Source: Bacteroidota bacterium
GTDB taxonomy: Bacteria > Bacteroidota > Bacteroidia > Bacteroidales > B18-G4
Assembly: GCA_018831055.1 (NCBI GenBank)
Contig: JAHJRE010000139.1
Span: forward strand, 38,380-102,379
DNA length: 64,000 nt
Reading direction: 5' to 3'
Made by a program: the position numbers and the translations under genes. The notes under the pieces are model-generated. The model was given only the letters and a program-made list of their open reading frames with translations, did not search any database and had not been told where the DNA came from. Positions 56,145 through 64,000 of the stretch are shown piece after piece (the first letter of the stretch is position 1; every line of letters starts with the position of its first letter).

Positions 56145-59100
56145 TCACAGTGCATCCTCTATTTTTTTCAGGTCTTCCCTGCAGGAAATGGTATATTCAT
56201 GATCATCTCCCAGGGTGCCGGCGATGACTGGTATCTCCTGACTGAGCATATCGTATGCTTCCCTTAATCTACCTGATGCATAGAGGATATTAACCATCTT
56301 AACTGTTGATTCTATGCTTCGCATATGTTCTGCTCCCAGGTTTTGGAGGTAGCTGTTTCTTGCTTCTGAAATGGCAGTCATGGATTTTTCCAGGTTGTTT
56401 TGCCTGTAGAGCATATCAGACATTTTTTCTTTTGCATAGGCTACATCCAGGATTTTTTCCAACTGGTTGAACAACTTTATGGATTTCTCGAAATAATGCT
56501 CAGAAAATGCGTATTCTTCTGCATTGCCTAAGATTACCCCGGCATCGCGGCTCAGGTCTGCTGCTTCTTCCACGGCATTTATTTTCAGGAAGGATTCAAT
56601 AGCATCATCAAACCTTAATCCTGCTGATTCATTGCGCTTCAGTGCTGCAAGCGATTTGGCAATATTTCCCATTCTCAGCGCTTTTTTATACACATCATCC
56701 GAATCCGAAAGCAAGTCGAGTGATTTCTTATAGTTTTCAAGGGCGTCCTCGTACTTTCCCATAGCCTGATAAATGACCCCGAGGTCGTTCAAATGGCCTG
56801 TCAAACGGGTTTTATCACCGGTAAGCTCGTCCATTTCAATTGCCTGATGGATAGAATTTATTGCATTTTCATAGTCTTCCTTTAACTGGTACACATAGCT
56901 GATGGAGCTATAACGGTCCGACATCGATAAGGCATCATCCAAACTTTCATCAAGGATCAGGGCCTGATAAAAATGCTTCAGGGCCATGTCGTAATCACCT
57001 TTTGCCTGATAAGCCTGGGCAATGTTTTTCTGATGGAAGGATTGCTGAGCGCGGTCATAGATTTCCTCATCGATTTCAACTGCTTTCATATAATATTCGA
57101 TGGCCTGGTCGTAATCCCTTTTGCTGTAATAAGCTGCTCCGATATTGTTGAATTTATCGACCATTTCATTCCGGTTACCCAACTCTTCATCAATAGATAA
57201 GCCTTGCCGGTAATATTCAATGGCATCATCGTAGAATCCCATGATCTGCTGTAGTTGCCCCATGTGATAATAATCGGTTGACTGGCTGTGCAGATTGTTT
57301 GCCTTAACATGGATGTCGAGCGATTTCCTGTAATAGTCGAGCGCTTCTTCCATCTGGCCTGAATTCCTGAGAAGAAATCCCAATGTGGAATATATTTCAG
57401 CCAGTTTTCGTGAATAATCATCACTGCATCGGTCGTAAGCTTTTCCGGCTTCTTTATAATAAACCAAAGCTTCCGGAATATTATCCAGTTCCTGGTATAA
57501 TACTCCCAGGTTGGCCAGGTAATCTCCGGCAACACCGTAATCATTCTGGTTTTCAGCGATCGTTACCGCGATTTTTGCACTTTCCAGCGCCTGTTCTTTT
57601 TGTCCGGCCAGGAACAGTATTGTGCCTATGTTATTGTAACTTCTTGCTATCAATGATTGATCCTGTGCTTTCTTGGCAGCTTCCAAAGCCTGATGATAGT
57701 GATTATAGGCTTCCTGATAGTCGGGTACGTAACGGTAAATTTCTCCCAGGCTGTTTAGGTTCACAGCCTGATGATAAGGATCATCTTTATCTAAAGCCAG
57801 GGAGAGAGCCTTGTAGTAATAGTTAAAGGCTTTATTTCTCCTTTGTTGCCTGGTTTCAACATCTCCTTGCAATTCAAGGGTTTTAATCTTACAATCAGCA
57901 TCAAGATAGTTTTCATTGGCTATTTCCCAGGCTTGCTCGAGATAATAATCCGCATCCGACAAATAGCCTTGCGAAAGTGCTTCAGCGCCAAGTTCCTGGT
58001 ATAACTCCCACGATTTCCTGAAATAATCGCCGGACTCCTCAGTCCTTTCCATTCTTCCATATATCCTTCCCAGATTTCCTGCACAAAAAGCCATGTTGGA
58101 GATATCCCCGTTATCTCTGGCGGTATGGAACCCTTTCAGGTAATACTCTGCTGCTTTATCTTCCTGTTCGTTGAAGCTGTAAGAAGCTCCAATATTGTTG
58201 TAATAGATGGAAAGGTTATCCTGAATATCATGTTTCTCAGCAATTTCAATGGCTTTGGTGAAGTACACTATGGCTTTATCGGGTTTCTCCATCTCCTGGA
58301 AACAACGTCCTGCATAATTATAATCACGGGCTGCTTCTTTCCATTTCTCCTGCGTTTTAAACTCATCCGTTGCCTGCAGGAAATACTCCAGGGCATGTTC
58401 GTATTTACCGGGCGACATGGATATACTGCCCATCTCATGAAAGATATCTCCCAGTTTTTCATTATTTCCGGTTTTTCGCAGTATCATCGCCGCCTTATTG
58501 AATAGTTCAATAGCCTGGTCATGGTTACCTGTCTGGGTTTGACAATCTCCCATATTATAAAGGATGTCGGACTGAAACGATTCTTGTACCGGATTGCTTG
58601 CCAGGTCCATGGCAAGTTCATAATACCAAAGGGCTTCGCTGTAATCTCCCTGGCTATGGTACATCCTGGCCTCATTCAGGTATTTATCTAATAAAGAAGC
58701 CCTGGCTTGTTTCATTTCCTGGGTTGGATTTTTAATTTTTTCCCTTAGTTCAAATAATTCGAGTTCTTTGATTGCTTTGCTGTTCTTATCGTTTATCAGG
58801 GGAATTGCAAGTTCCAGTTGTTCTATGGCTTGTCCGAAAAGGGATTGCCTGGCGTACAGTTTGGTCAGGGAATCGCGGAGAACCACTTCATTTTCTGTTG
58901 TGCCGGCGTGGCCGTTTATGGTCAGGGCAATGCTGTAATGCTGGATGGCATAAGATTCGTTGATCTCGATCAGCATTTTGGCCAGGTTCTGGTAGTTTTC
59001 AAGCAGGATACGGCGTGTTCCCGGACTGGTTTCCAGGATCATACGTTTGGAGAAATAGCTGAGGTATTCGTGTTTGAACAGGTCTGCTGCTTTTTCAAGA

Positions 59101-61985
59101 TATCGGGCGGCATTGTCGTATTCTTCCAGGAGAATGTGTATGATGCCCGCCATGTGCATGCACCTCATCATTTCACGGTAATCACGTGAACTTTCATACC
59201 TGGCAAGGGCTTTACGGAAAAAGGTCAGCGCAGGATAATATTGCCCGCCAAGATAATTGGCTATTCCAATGGAGAAATATGTCTGCGTAATCCTGAAATC
59301 ATTGTTCATTTTGTGATAGTATTCCAGGGCCTTGAAATATTCCGCGGCAGCCTCCCCGGTTTTGTTTTCATCCAGGAAGAGATTACCTTTTAACACATAT
59401 GCTTTGCCTAACCAAAGATTGCTTTCTGTTTTGATGAATCCTTCAATTGCCTTGTCAAAACTGGTATGTGCCTTACCCATTTCACCTGTGAGGTGGAAAT
59501 ATTGACCGATGTATAAATAGTCGATACTTGTGTTGAATACATCATCAAAACGGGAATCGATCTCAAGGCATTTCTGGAGGTAATCCAGAGCCAGTTCTTT
59601 TTCACCGCGGTAAAGATGGTTAGCCCCGAGATTGCAGAGATTGGTGGCTATTCGTCCGAGGTAATTAAACTTGCTGTTGATTTCAAGGGCCTGCTCAAAA
59701 TATTCGATGGCAAGATCGAACTCACCCATGGCGCTGTAATTGTTGCCGTACATGTTAAGGCTATGGGCAATGCTCGATTCTGAAGCATATTCGCGGTTCA
59801 GATCCAGTGATTTCCCGTAATAATGATGGGCATTTTCATATTCCCCGAAATCTTTATACAAGGAGGCAATGCCTTCATAATGCGAAGCAATGGCGGTTTG
59901 GTCATCAACGAGTTCTGCAATGGCAATTGCTTTATTGTACAGGGTGACTGCCCTGCGGTAATCGCCGGTATCACCGATAAAGGAAGCTTTCAGACTGTAT
60001 GCATAGGAAAGCATGGAGTTGTTATCATCCCGCTGCGCTATTTCTATTGCCAGATCAAAGGCATTTTCTGCATCCTCCGGTTTACCCTGCCCTGCGAGGT
60101 AATTTCCGAAACGGATGAGGGCCAGTACATGATTGCCGATACCTTCTTTTCCGTTGGCAAACTCCATGGTTTCCCGGTATTGAGCCATGGCTTCTTCATG
60201 CTGGAACAAATTCTCATATGCCATGGCAAGGTAGAACATACCATCGAAGATCAGGGAGTCGATACCGGAGAGCTTTGCTTCTTCAAGCATTTTCCGGGCA
60301 GTATCAAGGGATTCAGGGAAGCGGTTTTCCCAGTCGAAGGCAGTGATCTTCAGTGTGTAACACTCTGACTTTTTCTGGTGGCCTTCTTCATCCAGGACTT
60401 TTATCTGGCTCAGGAAGGCCAGGGCCTGGTCGGCATGAGACTGACATTCTGCCATCGTTCCCTGGTTGTAACCTTCCCATCCTTTTTCCAGCTCAAACCC
60501 TGCATTTTCCAGGATTTCCTTTGCTTCCTGACTGTTATCCACTTCTTTCTTTGAGAATTTCAGGGTAGTCGGGTCGATCAACCCGCTGGCATATTTGGAA
60601 TGCTTATGATATTGGGCTTTGATATCAGGATATTGATCCATCCTGTCGCCAAAGATATTCTTGAAAGCTTCTGCCACTTTCCGGTGGAGAATTCGTTTTT
60701 CCTTATTGCTGAGCTGGTCGTAAATGTATTTGTGCTGTAAGGTATGCGTGAAATGGTAAATATCCAGGAAAACTTCATCGATGCTCAGGGTTTCCTCGTT
60801 GTCGATGATCAACCCTTTATCTTTACTAAGTTTTTTCAGGCTTTCCACCAGTTCAAGCTCATCCTCTATTCCCAGGAGTTTCTGGATCACCTGCAGGTAA
60901 AAGTCTTCACCGTTCACAGCGGCATAATTCATGATCTTCCGAAGATTTTCACCCAGAAGGTTAAGCCTTTCCTTGATTACCTCAGTAGTGGTTTCAGGGA
61001 TATTATCGAGAGCATCGCTTTTCAGGTGAAACACCCCATTGGGATCGGCGTAGATGCCGCCGTTTTCCTTGAGTGAATCCAATATCTCACTGACAAACAG
61101 GGCTCTTCCTTTTGTATAGTTGAATAATGATAAAGCCAGGTCTTCAGGAAAATCATTCTGAGGGAACTTTTGCGTGATCAGATCCTGGATCTCCCCGTCA
61201 CTGAAAGAGGGAACATCAATCCGGATCAGCCAGGTATCTTCGCGCTCACTGTCGTCTTTCGTGTTGATACGCATTAACCTCGAAAGCATGGCCGTAAATG
61301 GGTGCTGTATGACCTCGTTGCTCCCGTCCTGGTTAATGATATTTCTTTCCGTTACCTCATGAGGCCGGTACGTACCAATCAGCATAATGGGGAAGGGGAC
61401 ATTCTTAAGTGACCGGCCCAGGGCAAAAATGAAATCTATACTTGATTTGTCGGCCCATTGAAGGTCGTCAATAAACAGGATGACAGGCTTGATCTCCGCC
61501 AGCTCCCTTAACTGGAATTCCAATGCACGTTGCTTCTCGTCGGGTTTTCGGGTTTCCTCTTCCTCTTTGTCGACGAAATGGGTTTTAACCCCTTTGATGA
61601 GCTCCAAACCCATGGCGGCAAAGGCATTTGATTCAATGCCTTTTTCTGCTACGTTTCCGAAAATCTTGAAAATGCGTTTCATCTTATCACCAGGCTGATT
61701 GCGCTTTTCCTTCTCACCGGCTTTTATCTGCTTTTCAATCAGTTCCACCGCATGGTTGAAAGGAGCATAGGCGTTATGGATGCCGTCGTCGGCAGTACAT
61801 TCGCTTTGGGCAACGAAACAATCTTCCCTGTGCTTTTCCAGGAATTTTCTCACCAATGTCGATTTTCCCGAACCGGGATTTCCTGAAACCAGGATGATCT
61901 TTCCAAGATTGTTGAGGGTTTCCTGCAGGGCGGTTTCGAGGATTTGTATCTCGTTCTCCCTTCCGACGAAAATTTGTTGACGCAT
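56145..61985 (-). CDS. Giant STAND/AAA_16-type NTPase fused to a very long TPR array, with no recognisable effector domain
   Basis: 1946 aa. The N-terminus is FVGRENEIQILE, Walker A is GNPGSGKST and Walker B is VILFIDDLQWAD. From roughly residue 520 to the C-terminus it is continuous TPR-like 34-residue helical repeats (many A..Y..AL.I motifs). Confidence 0.8.
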   Translation of the reverse strand: MRQQIFVGRENEIQILETALQETLNNLGKIILVSGNPGSGKSTLVRKFLEKHREDCFVAQSECTADDGIHNAYAPFNHAVELIEKQIKAGEKEKRNQPGDKMKRIFKIFGNVAEKGIESNAFAAMGLELIKGVKTHFVDKEEEETRKPDEKQRALEFQLRELAEIKPVILFIDDLQWADKSSIDFIFALGRSLKNVPFPIMLIGTYRPHEVTERNIINQDGSNEVIQHPFTAMLSRLMRINTKDDSEREDTWLIRIDVPSFSDGEIQDLITQKFPQNDFPEDLALSLFNYTKGRALFVSEILDSLKENGGIYADPNGVFHLKSDALDNIPETTTEVIKERLNLLGENLRKIMNYAAVNGEDFYLQVIQKLLGIEDELELVESLKKLSKDKGLIIDNEETLSIDEVFLDIYHFTHTLQHKYIYDQLSNKEKRILHRKVAEAFKNIFGDRMDQYPDIKAQYHKHSKYASGLIDPTTLKFSKKEVDNSQEAKEILENAGFELEKGWEGYNQGTMAECQSHADQALAFLSQIKVLDEEGHQKKSECYTLKITAFDWENRFPESLDTARKMLEEAKLSGIDSLIFDGMFYLAMAYENLFQHEEAMAQYRETMEFANGKEGIGNHVLALIRFGNYLAGQGKPEDAENAFDLAIEIAQRDDNNSMLSYAYSLKASFIGDTGDYRRAVTLYNKAIAIAELVDDQTAIASHYEGIASLYKDFGEYENAHHYYGKSLDLNREYASESSIAHSLNMYGNNYSAMGEFDLAIEYFEQALEINSKFNYLGRIATNLCNLGANHLYRGEKELALDYLQKCLEIDSRFDDVFNTSIDYLYIGQYFHLTGEMGKAHTSFDKAIEGFIKTESNLWLGKAYVLKGNLFLDENKTGEAAAEYFKALEYYHKMNNDFRITQTYFSIGIANYLGGQYYPALTFFRKALARYESSRDYREMMRCMHMAGIIHILLEEYDNAARYLEKAADLFKHEYLSYFSKRMILETSPGTRRILLENYQNLAKMLIEINESYAIQHYSIALTINGHAGTTENEVVLRDSLTKLYARQSLFGQAIEQLELAIPLINDKNSKAIKELELFELREKIKNPTQEMKQARASLLDKYLNEARMYHSQGDYSEALWYYELAMDLASNPVQESFQSDILYNMGDCQTQTGNHDQAIELFNKAAMILRKTGNNEKLGDIFHEMGSISMSPGKYEHALEYFLQATDEFKTQEKWKEAARDYNYAGRCFQEMEKPDKAIVYFTKAIEIAEKHDIQDNLSIYYNNIGASYSFNEQEDKAAEYYLKGFHTARDNGDISNMAFCAGNLGRIYGRMERTEESGDYFRKSWELYQELGAEALSQGYLSDADYYLEQAWEIANENYLDADCKIKTLELQGDVETRQQRRNKAFNYYYKALSLALDKDDPYHQAVNLNSLGEIYRYVPDYQEAYNHYHQALEAAKKAQDQSLIARSYNNIGTILFLAGQKEQALESAKIAVTIAENQNDYGVAGDYLANLGVLYQELDNIPEALVYYKEAGKAYDRCSDDYSRKLAEIYSTLGFLLRNSGQMEEALDYYRKSLDIHVKANNLHSQSTDYYHMGQLQQIMGFYDDAIEYYRQGLSIDEELGNRNEMVDKFNNIGAAYYSKRDYDQAIEYYMKAVEIDEEIYDRAQQSFHQKNIAQAYQAKGDYDMALKHFYQALILDESLDDALSMSDRYSSISYVYQLKEDYENAINSIHQAIEMDELTGDKTRLTGHLNDLGVIYQAMGKYEDALENYKKSLDLLSDSDDVYKKALRMGNIAKSLAALKRNESAGLRFDDAIESFLKINAVEEAADLSRDAGVILGNAEEYAFSEHYFEKSIKLFNQLEKILDVAYAKEKMSDMLYRQNNLEKSMTAISEARNSYLQNLGAEHMRSIESTVKMVNILYASGRLREAYDMLSQEIPVIAGTLGDDHEYTISCREDLKKIEDAL

Positions 61986-62148
61986 GATTAAAATTTTAGA
62001 ATAGTCTTAATTGCAAGTTTTCAGATTGTTATCTTATTGTTGTTCGTGAATTACCTTTTCTTCAGCTTTAGGGGCTCAAAATACAAATTTCCCGACAATG
62101 AAAAGGCGAAATATCTATTGATTTTCGGGATATGGTAGCAAATAGTTA

Positions 62149-62246
62149 CAGGTTTCAGGGTTCAAGTTGCAGGTTGCAGCCTGTTACCTGTAACCTGTAA
62201 CCTGAATCCTGAATCCTGTCGCTTGCAACCTGCACCATGGAACCTG
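62149..62246. repeat. Heptanucleotide-phased inverted array (CAGGTTN / NAACCTG), second locus
   Basis: Fourteen in-phase 7-mers: CAGGTTT CAGGGTT CAAGTTG CAGGTTG CAGCCTG TTACCTG TAACCTG TAACCTG AATCCTG AATCCTG TCGCTTG CAACCTG CACCATG GAACCTG. It lies in the divergent region between the STAND gene and the gene starting at 62375. Confidence 0.8.
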
Positions 62247-62374
62247 TGAATGGATATTAATCGCTCCCGAAACTCATTATATTTTTTACTTTTACATCTC
62301 ATTAGAAACTGACATTTTAATGTTTTATTTACCCATTCATTCCACGTTGATTATGAATCTTTAAAGGGGAAAAG

Positions 62375-63829
62375 ATGATTAAAAAAGCATTGTTTGTTTT
62401 AATTCTTTTCGTTTTGATTTCCCCTGCATTGCAGCAGATTTTTGGAATCGTTGCTATTAAACCCTTACATGGATCCTTTACACTTCCTCCTAAGCCGACC
62501 TTAGAAAAACTTAACTGGCAGGAATGGTTTTCTGGTGGATTTCAAAATGATTTTAATTCCCGACTGGAAGAAAATGTAGGATTCAGGAATTACCTTATAA
62601 GAATATTATATCAATTGGATTTTTCTTTGTTTAAAGAAGTCCACACAGTGGGTGTTGTTGTAGGTAAGGATAATTATTTATATGAGAACTCATATATCAA
62701 CGCATATAATGGAACGGATTTCTCAGGCACGCACAGAATAGTTGATCAGAGTCACAAAATACAGTTAGTAAAGGATAAACTTCACGAAACCGGAAAAGAT
62801 TTATTGATCCTTTTTGCTCCCGGGAAAGGAAGCTTTTATCCTGAGTATATTCCGGAAAAGTTTCTGGGTGATACTGATGACACAACAAATTATGCTTATT
62901 ATGTAAGGTGCCTTAATGAATTTGATGTTCCTCTCCTGGATTTCAAAGATTATTTTACCCGGATTAAAAGCGAGTCACCATACGCATTATTCCCCAAAGC
63001 AGGGATTCATTGGAGCACATATGGTGCCGCGCTGGTTTCCGATAGTCTCGTCGGGTATTTAAACAGCCATTACGGCCTAAGGCTGCCTAAGTTTGAATAT
63101 CATGCTCAACCCGTAAACGATTCATTAAAATATACCGGTTTTGATTACGACATTGGAGTTGGACTGAATATTTTGTCGTATATAAATCAACCTGATCTCG
63201 CAATTGTAGATATAGATTATCCGGATATCGAGGACTCGCTTAGGCCCGATGTTCTTGTTATTGGTGACAGTTATTTTATTAACCTGATCAGAGCCGGTTT
63301 CCCTGAAGCTTATTTCGATAATTATCAGTTTTGGTATTATAACAGGACTATTTATCCTCGACCTCCTGATTCTTCAAATAATTTGAAGGATTATGATACG
63401 ATGAAAGAAATCGCTAAATATGATATTATTCTCATTATAGCTACCGATGCAAACCTCTGGAAATTTCCTTTCGGAATTATAGATGAACTGTATAACAGGA
63501 TGGTCATGGAGGATAGTAGCGATAAGGTTAAATATTACAGGGATCTGTATGTTGATCATTTACCTTTGATTTTTCCCGAAAATTCTCAGCGTTTTGACAG
63601 GATTAAAGCATTGTTAAATAAGCAAGGCACAATCAACGAGGTTCATGGTAGTTATCTGGACTATCTCGACCGTGACCGTTTTTCCCTATCCCTGAAACTG
63701 ATAAAATATCAGTCTGGATTGTATAGAATGGCCGTTAGCAAAGCAAAAACAAGGCAAATATCCGTCGGCGAAATGATTAACCTGGATGCCCGGTGGATGG
63801 TTAACGATGAAAAAAGATACAGATATTAG
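62375..63829 (+). CDS. Membrane-anchored protein, AlgX/AlgJ-like SGNH-type (possible polysaccharide O-acyl modification)
   Basis: An N-terminal TM anchor is present. GIHWSTYGA resembles the DxHW block of AlgJ/AlgX-type proteins, and VIGDSYF resembles their GDS block. The resemblance is weak and judged by eye only. Confidence 0.4.
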   Translation: MIKKALFVLILFVLISPALQQIFGIVAIKPLHGSFTLPPKPTLEKLNWQEWFSGGFQNDFNSRLEENVGFRNYLIRILYQLDFSLFKEVHTVGVVVGKDNYLYENSYINAYNGTDFSGTHRIVDQSHKIQLVKDKLHETGKDLLILFAPGKGSFYPEYIPEKFLGDTDDTTNYAYYVRCLNEFDVPLLDFKDYFTRIKSESPYALFPKAGIHWSTYGAALVSDSLVGYLNSHYGLRLPKFEYHAQPVNDSLKYTGFDYDIGVGLNILSYINQPDLAIVDIDYPDIEDSLRPDVLVIGDSYFINLIRAGFPEAYFDNYQFWYYNRTIYPRPPDSSNNLKDYDTMKEIAKYDIILIIATDANLWKFPFGIIDELYNRMVMEDSSDKVKYYRDLYVDHLPLIFPENSQRFDRIKALLNKQGTINEVHGSYLDYLDRDRFSLSLKLIKYQSGLYRMAVSKAKTRQISVGEMINLDARWMVNDEKRYRY

Positions 63830-63850
63830 AATTCTCCTGTTTGAATAATA

Positions 63851-64000
63851 TTATTTACTGATCACCTTAAACTCCGTCCTCCGGTTCATGGCTCTGCCTT
63901 CTTCGGTATCGTTTCCTGCGATGGGTTGGGCAAAACCATAACCTTTATATGTCAGCCTGTCCTGTTCAACACCCTTGTCGACAAGGTATTCCACTACTGC
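63851..64000 (-). CDS. OmpA-family protein, C-terminal peptidoglycan-binding domain (partial, runs off the window)
   Basis: The reverse strand encodes ...AVVEYLVDKGVEQDRLTYKGYGFAQPIAGNDTEEGRAMNRRTEFKVISK followed by a stop. This is the canonical OmpA_C ending (NRRTEF). Confidence 0.75.
   Translation of the reverse strand, partial: AVVEYLVDKGVEQDRLTYKGYGFAQPIAGNDTEEGRAMNRRTEFKVISK

Noticed and set aside
56145-60400. Possible DNA-level tandem repeats inside the TPR-encoding part of the giant gene
   Set aside because: The periodicity is at protein level only (34-residue TPR helices with degenerate sequence). I saw no long near-identical nucleotide repeats, so it is not a repeat or variable-number element.
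1-64000. Search for tRNA, rRNA, tmRNA or RNase P genes and for transposase, integrase or phage genes
   Set aside because: No intergenic segment shows tRNA-like T-arm or acceptor features or is long enough for rRNA. No ORF has transposase (DDE), tyrosine or serine recombinase, or phage structural motifs. I therefore call no mobile element despite the accessory-looking blocks.

Overview
This window looks like a Bacteroidota chromosome segment. It carries the gliding genes gldE and gldD. Six proteins end in type IX secretion (T9SS) C-terminal sorting domains. rpoN is present, TAnnTTTG-type -7 promoter boxes lie upstream of many genes, and Shine-Dalgarno sequences are almost absent.

About 2.5-29 kb is mostly housekeeping: a membrane Fe-S oxidoreductase, icmF, hflX, trpS, rng, hup, mutY, ssb, gldE/gldD, corA, DAHP synthase/chorismate mutase, asnS, rpoN and msrA.

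The rest is accessory-like:
- a small Fic island with an ATPase gene remnant (31-33 kb);
- T9SS cargo genes (33-35 kb and 39-44.6 kb);
- a seven-gene arsenic operon with a thiol-redox module (44.7-49.3 kb);
- a block at 49-62 kb holding an AAA/DUF4143 ATPase, a UbiA prenyltransferase plus CPBP protease pair, two tandem paralogous lipoproteins of no family I recognise, and a 1946-aa STAND-type NTPase-TPR protein with no visible effector domain.

I saw no rRNA, tRNA, CRISPR array, transposase or integrase.

The most unusual signals are:
1. the effector-less giant STAND-TPR gene with the paralogous lipoprotein pair downstream;
2. a family of intergenic arrays built from strictly 7-bp-phased units with dyad symmetry (CAGGTTN and GATCNNN types) at several loci;
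3. two copies of a 34-bp palindrome that each supply the stop codon of a minus-strand gene;
4. 40-bp-phased palindromic operator-like repeats in front of the Fic gene;
5. an unannotated 29-codon bS22-like basic micro-gene;
6. a decayed carbamoyltransferase locus.

All functional calls rest on motif recognition by eye. No database search was run.
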